Shown here: positions 26,301-35,300 of the stretch, piece by piece
How the letters are laid out: each line of letters opens with the position of its first letter
Numbering within the stretch: position 1 is the stretch's first letter
Source: Amphiscolops sp. MND2022
Lineage: Eukaryota
Assembly (NCBI GenBank): GCA_964187785.1
Contig: OZ076415.1
Location: 22,506,001 to 22,570,000 of the forward strand
Direction: 5' to 3'
DNA: 64,000 nt
Position numbers and translations under genes: made by a program
The notes under the pieces: generated by a model
Database searches by the model: none
What the model was told of the DNA's origin: nothing
The model's input: only the letters and a program-made list of their open reading frames with translations

Positions 26301-29300
26301 TTAATTTATAAACTGAGTGTGAGTACCATTAACTCTATGGCGCTATTTTGGAATTCTTGAAGTACTTTGTAAATCGTTCCCCCTTCACCTCCTATTCTAG
26401 AGAGGGGAGTGTGGTAGAGCACTTGTTGTACAGCTTGATAAAACAAAAGTGTGAAAATATTTAATTACACTATTTATTAACAACCTGTCAAAAATAGTAA
26501 AAGTGGCAAAAGAAAACAATCTGCCAATACAGACAGTTACGCCATACAATACAGTTTCTCACACTTCACCTTCTTTCGTATATCGAGTTCTTCAGCCTAT
26601 TCAGCTAGACTATAACACGGGGAATATAAACGTTCTGGGAAATATACAGATAAAACCCGTGGCTTTTGTTGCGTTTTCATTCGCTTGGAACGTCGAGACT
26701 GATTCTTCCTTAAAGTTCAATTCCCAGTTCAGTTCGGACTAGAACATGGCAAGATCTTGAAACAAATTCACAAATTCGGTGGCCATAGTCCTGGCCGTTA
26801 GCAGATTTCCTGATCGATGTTCGAAAAAAACGTCCAAAAACTAATTTATCGAATCAACCGCCTGATTGCGTAAGCAACGGAAAATATTATTGTATCATTA
26901 TGAAAAGTTATCTTAGGCCGAGATCTTCAAACATCTTACCAAGCAGAGATCTCATAAACGAGGGCCCCCAAGTCTAATGGGAGCATTTTTTCAGTGTGTC
27001 GCATTTGGGGAGCCTACGGTTAATAAGGTGACAACGGATAATTTGAGATCCCATATAGCACTTGATTGAAAACCCAGATTTGATCTACAATTGATGGGGA
27101 AATTAAGCTTGGTGATTTTTAATGGTATCAATTAAATTGATTTTTTACTATTCAGACTCATTTTTAGGCTTAAGCAGAACCCAGGTTGACCCTCTTACTA
27201 GCATCTTGGCTGTCTTGGCAAGATCTTTCCAAATTCTTACTACATCTTGGCAACCATGGATCCCATGGCAAGATTCTTATTAAGATTTTACTAAGATAAT
27301 ACATTATTCCAAGATCGTATCTTATCACGATGGACAGAATTCTAAGAATATAAAAAACACTATTTCTTCAGTACAAGCAGCCGAAACTCAATCTGAATGC
27401 TCATTTCACCCAACAACGACTATTTCTACCCGTTTTATTATCAAAATGCTTAAACCCGCTGAAAAATTTTTGCATGCAAAAATGCGTGAAAAATTACGAT
27501 AACGTATTCTGGCTTCCGAAATTTTGACGAAAATCCTAATAACTGCTCACGTGTTTAAGACTGGGAAATGCGAATGCACCAAATGAAAGCTCATTTCGAG
27601 GGCTTTCCAAAACTTGTAATTCATTACTCCTGTCTATTCCAGAGACGGAGAAAACTGCTCTGAAACGTCCAGAGCCACTATCGGAAAGTTACATAGGAAA
27701 CACCTAAAAATCCGGAAATTTTTGTGAAATCATATCTCTAGCTATCTTTCAGCAGCCTTATTACTGCTAGAAACGGCGGTCATTGCCCCAGTTTGGGTAA
27801 TGATTCGGCTCGAGGCTTATCTGACGACGTTGCTAGCGACAGTTTTGCAAGTGATAGAACAATGAAATCAGCGCATCCCTAAACAAAAAGCATATGGACT
27901 CTTCAATCAAGTTTTATAACTTGCTAACAGAAATTTTAATGTCTAACAATATAAATCTGCAAAAATGTTGATTTCTCTTGATAAGATCTTACCATGACAT
28001 CTTGCAATTCTTGGCAAGATCTTGCCAAGATCTTGGAAAAATCTTAGCTAAGATCTTGGCAAGATCTTGGAAAAATCTTAGCTAAGATCTTGCCAAGATC
28101 TTACTAAGATATCCATGGAGGGTCAACCCGGTAACTGATTATAGGAACTACGTGATAAGAGTATGTTTATTGAACTTGTTAAAATGAGTCCATTAAAAGT
28201 GATAGTAAATATTGCCTCTAAAACTATGCTGAAACGATTCTATTCAGTAGTGACTTTTAAGAATACTGAACAAGACGGGAACGATTAAAGTCGGCGCTAT
28301 ATCTAATTCTCAAAAAGCGCAGTTTTAAAATATGCGTAGGACGGTTTCATGAAAAACTCCTGTTTTCGAATCTCCACCTCCTCCCTAATAAAACGGAATA
28401 TAGTTCGGATATAACGTCAAAAGTTCGGGTATATCTCTTCTCTTCGAATATTAAGTAAAAAATTCGTATAGTATTGAAAAACACTTATTGAATATATATT
28501 GACAAAACCTAATACCACTCAAAAATGAGAATTTTGAAATAGTCTCATAGTGCCGAAAAATCTGAAAGAAGACCCTTTCGGATTTTTTAACATCCATTTT
28601 GTTGCAAAACATCAAAAAAAACTGGAAATGGGGGACTTTTTAGTCTCGTCTGGTTTTGTGGGTTACGTTAAAGGGCGACTAAGTTTCTACTAAGTTTTCT
28701 ACACTAAGTTTCTACTGGCCGGACTTGGCCTTAGTAGTTTTGGTAGTTACTGTAAAAAGTGGAACTTTCCGAGTGAGGTCTGTGGTCTTGGGAAAAAAGG
28801 TCACTGTAAAAAAGCGCGGTTTCACAAAAAGCGCCTACTAAAAAGAAGGTTAATATAAAATTTATTGGGCACATTTTTGGGAAAATTGAACAAAACAGGT
28901 TGGAAACGTAATAAAGGAAACCGGTTGAAGGTTTCAAAAATAACATAAAAAGGAGTAATTTGTAATGACGTCATACTTCATTCAGGTTGAGTGGAACTTG
29001 GACTGCAGTCTGATCGGAGTGCTGTGCAGAAGTGACACTCATGAGAGGGGCACTGACTTGTACGTAGTCACCCTAGAGACTGAATTCAGTGCCCTCCGCA
29101 TTCTCTCCTTCCCCTCTCCCACAACCACCCTCGTGTGGAGCAACAACAAAAACGACCTCCTTGGTGAGTGGGCCACTGTTTCGAAATATTTTGGGTTGTG
29201 CACAAAAAACCACAACCCACCCCATCTAAAAAAGTGTCAGACCTCATGGGTTCCTGGATAATGTCCTTCTGATTCGTAGTGGAGGTATTGTACCGAAATT

Positions 29301-32300
29301 TTAAATACTCCCATCTGTGATGAATTCCCTTGAACTTTGCATCTTGAAATGAGGAGCTTTGGCGGCTAATCAATCCATGTCTATTTGCTTTAATCGGTGC
29401 AAGACGTCTTGAATATCTACGAGACTCTGTGTTTCGAATATGCAAGAAATTGGTAGGAGGAAAGGGCGTCCAAGTCTGTTTTGGTATTAAAGTCCAAAAA
29501 AAGACTTTGAAAAAAATGATCTGAAAGTAAAAACCGATTTAAAAACTTGTTGTATGATTTAGAGCACTCGAGGTTGGCTTTCATAAAAGTCAGCCGCATC
29601 TATGGCATTAGACTCTAAGATTTTTGTATTTTTTTCAGTACAGAAAAAACAGTATTTTATTAGACAATGTAAGGTGACACTTCGTATTTTTTATTCAAAG
29701 TTTTTAAATCTAAAATTTTCAGAAAGACCATTGATTGTATGTTGATCTTTTTATGTATGCAGCCTGCTGCGAAGGTCACAGAGTTCATATCTTCAAGAAC
29801 GACGACTTCTCTTTGTCTGCCCCGAAAACAGGCCACCAATCGGAGATTGTGAGTGCAATCTGGTCACACAAGAGCAACTTCTTGGCTCTCGCCTCAAAAA
29901 CCATTCTGCAGATATTCTCAGTGGACTACACTGAAGACTCCAAAATGAAGGTACGTACACATATTGGTGTATATTGGTGTATATTGGCATTGAAAACCAA
30001 GGGGTGAAAGGTAGGTGATACATTTACCAAAAACATCGTGCCAAAAATCCTTTAAAAAACTGCTACGAGGGCAAAAACTTGGGTTTTTTTGTTACAAAAT
30101 ATCTGTCGTATATGTTCTGAATGAATGATTCGTACATGATTGATTATCACACAATTTTGATTCATTTTGATGCTTTTCTGGATACATCTCTACGAGATCA
30201 ATTAACCAAACGAGTTCGAGAGCTTCGCATAAGAGATCGATTACTTCAAGATAACCCTTCTCTGAAAGTATGTTTAAAAATTGCTAAACGAATGGACGCG
30301 GGATTTCTACATCTGCCCTACTCAAAAATACGAAATTCACTGAAACTGTGCTTGGTATTACTCACACTGTACAGCGGTTTAAATCGAAGTTCAGTCAACA
30401 AACGTCAAAATCTACTGCTAAAAATAGCCATTACGTTTTCGTTCTGGATCTAAACTACATTTTGCTAACAGTAAAGATTGTCCTGTTACGGACAAGAAAT
30501 GCAAAAACTGCAAAAAAATTGGTCATCTTGCAAAAGTGTGCAGTGATGCGAGTTCAAATGTCGTTGTTACAAACTCTCTGGAAGAAAATTTTTCTAAACC
30601 CGTTACCCTTACTGTGAATAGTCTTTGTAATTCGATTCTTCCGGAATTTTTCAAGTAATCCTTACAGTTGGACAACACAAGTGCTGTATTTGTTGTTGAC
30701 AGTTTAGCCAAGGCATCAACTTTTTCTTAAAGATACATTTGACAAATTATTTCATAACAAAAAGTGCACTAAAAACCAATAAAAACATTCTGGTTATGGT
30801 GGTTCTGCAATTGATGCTCATGGAATTTTTAATTTCGAATCAATGAGTGGTTCTTTGTCATTCAGACATGACTTTTATGTAGCTCATGGAAATTCTTCGA
30901 TTGGCTTCGACATTCCAGACAAACTAAAACTTGCAATATTGATAAACGATACACGCTTGAGTCGTGTACATACTTGCATACGAAAAACCGGCCCAGAGTG
31001 TATCCTCAAACAGAAGTTTCCGAAATTGTTTGATTCTGATACTCTTGGTCATGCAGAGAATTTTGTTTTGTCTTCAGCAAACGATGAACCAATTAGTCCC
31101 AATAATTCGAAAGCTCGTTTTCTTCCTTTTGCAATGGAAGACCATATCGAGAAGGAATGTAAAAAAGTTTGTTCACTGGGTGTCCTTCAACCGTGTACCA
31201 ATGCTGATAATGATTGGGCTAGTCCTCATGTTGTTTCATGGAGAAAAAACGGCAGTCTTCGGCTTTGCTGTGACTTGCCAGAAGTGAACAAAGCGATAAA
31301 AAATCCTTAACCTTTACCTAACATTGACTCTACAAAAAATTCAATACCCAATGCAAAAGTTTATTCAAAAATAGACTTATCCAATGCTTACCATCCACTT
31401 CCAGTCGATTCAAACACTCAACGTCTGCTTGGCTTAATTTCACCCTGTGAACTTTAAAAAGTTCTCAAAGCACAATTTGGGTTTCGAGACGTTCCTCCAA
31501 AATTCCGAAAAATGATGGACATATTCCTAGCTGACTTGAAAAGTTGTTTCAGCTTGCTTGACGACATCATTGTTTATGGTTTTACAAAGGAAGAACATGA
31601 TGAAAGATTAAATTATGCATTGACTAGATTGCAATCCAATGGATTTGTAGCTAATTATGACAAATATGAGTTTGAGAAAACGAACAACGAATGGTTTGGC
31701 CTCAAACTGGGTCTGAATGTATTTGCTTTTCTTGAGAATAATTTGACTTCAATTTGCTGAAATTAAACTTCCTTACAATAAACAATCTTCAGCTTTTTCT
31801 CTAGGATTACTAAGTCACAATCAAGTAAATTTTTGTGTACTAATTATTCTTCTGAAGCTGCCGATTTGTTTAAATTACTTCTTTAAAATGTTGTCTTCAA
31901 GTGGACAGAATGTCATACAGAAGGTATCAAAGGCTTTCTAAAAAATTTTAATTCGTGCTAAACCTTTGGCAATAAATAATCTTTTAGCAAAACGATTGTT
32001 ACATGTGAAGCTTCCAAAGTTAGAATCGCTGGTGAATTATCAAGGCTGCAAAAAATATCGAAAACAAAACAGATTTATTTTTCTCTCGTTCGTTACACGA
32101 ATTTGAAAAAAAGTATAGCGTTCCTGAATTGGAATTAATAGCTTGAATTTGTACTTGTGAACAATTCGAAAGATTCTTGTGGGGTGAACACTTCACATTG
32201 AAGACTGACTATAAATCTCTACTGCATCTTATAAATTGTGAAATTGGGGACGGTGTTCGTCCACTGAGAATTGCACGTACGTTGGTCTGCCAGGTTATTA

Positions 32301-35300
32301 GGCTACAATTTTAGTATAGTACACAAACCTGTAAAAGACAAAACTGTGGCTGATGCACTTTCGCAATTACCTGTCAATCGTTCATCTAGTGATGATGATT
32401 CGTTTGTTATAAATGCCCTTTTAGTGACTTGTCTGCTTTCACAGTAGAGGAAGTCGACTATGCTTTCAAACAGGACAAAGTTTTAGTCAAAGTGTGCAAT
32501 TTTTTTACTTGGTTAGTCCAGACGGAATGTGATGGATGAAATGTTACTACTTCATTTTGCAGTTCGTAATAAAGTTTATTGATGGGCTAAATACAGTGTA
32601 GGCCGAGGTGCAACCATTGTAATGCCTGAAAGGTTATATTAAAAATTGTGGGAACAGATGGTCAAAAGTTGTCCAGCTTGTTGTAAGACTGATAAAGCAC
32701 AAGTTCGTTGAGATGTTCCGCATGCAAAAATCATTACAGCAGATGAAAAATTTGCAACGATCAATATGGATTTTAGTAGTCCTTAAAACGATGCACCGAG
32801 TAACTTTATGTAGTTACTTCTTGTTGTTGATGAATACTCGAGATGGCCTGACAACTGTGCGCTTCCTAACACACAAGCGAAACAAGTAGTTGTGTCTTTA
32901 AAAGATTATTTTTCTCGTTTTAGGATACCTGAGTGTAATTCGCTGTGATGAAAGTTCTTCATTCACCAGCGCGGAGTTCAAAATGTTTTATCATTCATCA
33001 AGGTGATGCCTTGAAGTATAGTCCATAGTATTGCCCTCGCAAAAATGGTCTCGTTGAACGATTCAATCAAACCATACGAAATTTGTTGCAAACCAGTTTT
33101 GAAGATTCACACAGCTGGTACAATACATTGAATTCCGTGTTACAAACTTATCGAAGTATAATTCATCACGCATTGGGAAAATCCCCGTATGAAATGGTTT
33201 ACGGGAAAATGAGATCGAAGTGTACAGGTCTTATGGCAAAGCTTCCATCCAAGTAATTAAATATTAAAAATGTTTTCCCAGGTCTATCGACGCAGAAACA
33301 AAATCATTTCAAAAAATTCCATGTCGGTGGTTGGGTTCGAGTGAAAGACCCGATTCGACAAAAAGGAAAACTGCATTACAAGTTCTTCAAACCACAGAAA
33401 ATACTTGAACGAAAAAAACTACTGTTACACTTGATGATGGTCGAACATGGAGTTTATCGCAAGTTGCCCCTGCCTCAACTAAAAGAATTGAAGATCTCAA
33501 CTATTTTGATGATCTGGAGTTGTCTCCTTCCGATAAGACGCAATCGGATAATCATGCCTCCGATGTTCCAATAAGACGGTATCCTCTCAGGAATACAACG
33601 AAACAAATAACTTTCAAGCGAGACAATGAAATGTTAACGTATAGTCTAATATGTTCATACGTTTCTCTTATATGTTATTCCTTGAAATCTTCTTACGACT
33701 AGTATTCAAAGAGGAGGGGATGTGGTATATGTTCTGAATGAATGATTCATACATTATTGATTATCACGAAATTTTGATTCATAATTGACTGAAAAAGTTA
33801 CGAAGGTTTTCCCGCAGTCCAAAATATGAAAAAATCCTCCCAAACTAAAAACAGCGTAATAATGTAATTTCAAATCTTTTTGAGCTGAGTTAACTTTATC
33901 TCTTTACTCTTCTGACGGGGGACTACTGGTTTGTTGTAGGTAAGGTCAAAAACAGCCATGTCCAAACTGGGTGAGATAGAATCCGTGGCGTGGCACCCGT
34001 CTGTGGCTGAAGAGTTGTTTGTGAGCAACTTCTCGGAAGTGTTTCTCATGAACATCGTCAAGAAGACGCATCTGAAAGTGTTCACTGCGCCCCAAGAACA
34101 CACCCTCGGCACATTTTCACTCAACCCCAACGGGGAAGCCATGGGTTGGTTTGTATTAAATAATATGAAAGATAATATAATTACGATTGAATTTTTTCTG
34201 GAACATTACTTTATTACCCAATTTTTGAAGACATTTTATAACTCTTGTTAACAACCATGGTAAAACATGGTAAAACATCTAGCTATCTTTGCTAAATCTT
34301 AGACACACCAAAGCCAAAAAATGGTTCATGTTTTGCAATGACCTTGACCATGAGATCTAATGTCCTGACAAGTTACTCTGATCCAAACTACGTAATTTTC
34401 AGAAATTGCAGCACTTTCGTTTTCACTAATACTCAGGGGGACGACCAAAACAGACACCAAAAAACGTAAAATAAATTTGGCCGTACAAAAATAAAATCGG
34501 TAAACATCAAAATCATCATTAGCAAAATATAAATTCAGCAGAATAATGTTTCCCATTCCAAATCTTTATTCCATATCGTAGATATTAATACTATGTTCGC
34601 GAATTAGATTTTTAAAATAATATTTGTGGCCTTTTTTCCAATTTCACTGCCCATATAAAAAAAGCTCCATAATTTTACTGTAAGAACAAAACACATCCGA
34701 AGAATGTTTTGATTTAATTTTTGACATTGCACTCATGATGAGAACCATGCATAAACATGGCAAACGCTCCATGTCTTCGGAAAAGAGTATGAAGATACTA
34801 CTTTGTTTGCCATTTTTTCGGCAAGATCGATTTATCTTATTGCAAGAAATACCTTTGCTTTCAAGAAGCTTTATCTGGAAGATAATTATGCTAACTATCA
34901 TTCCAGTAGTGCTGATTTCAGAGGTTCCAAATCAAATTCGAACAAAACTTTCTCGAAATTAGGATAGAGTTTCCATTTTGGATTACTTGAAGCAACGTTT
35001 TTAGGCAAAGCGAAGGCTACCGCCATTCAATTTTGAAAGGCAAATTCCATGTTTGTTTGTCAAAAAAATGTGACATTGACCAACTTCGTCAACTTTGAGC
35101 CCTTATTTCTGGTCATCTATGATCGGTATGCGTTTTGTTTCCCCAACAAAATACACGACTTTGAACTACTTTCCAATAGAAAAAGTTTTGTCAACGGATG
35201 TTCCAGCATAGACGTTTCCCGTTAAAAAACTGATAGATCGAATACGAACACCAGTTTATAATCAGTTCGCTGCTATTATCATCGGAACCATTCAAGCTAC

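Larger units (their letters stand above)
21289..26746. mobile_element. Candidate solo LTR of about 134 bp (21289-21298 + 26623-26746) split by gypsy element 1
   Basis: The rejoined sequence starts TG and ends ...CTAGAACA, flanked by TTGCA (21284-21288) and TGGCA (26747-26751), a 4/5 target-site match. Confidence 0.45.

Noticed and set aside
28015-28110. CRISPR-like short repeats
   Set aside because: Contiguous 11/22-bp tandem units without unique spacers, inside a MITE in a eukaryotic genome.
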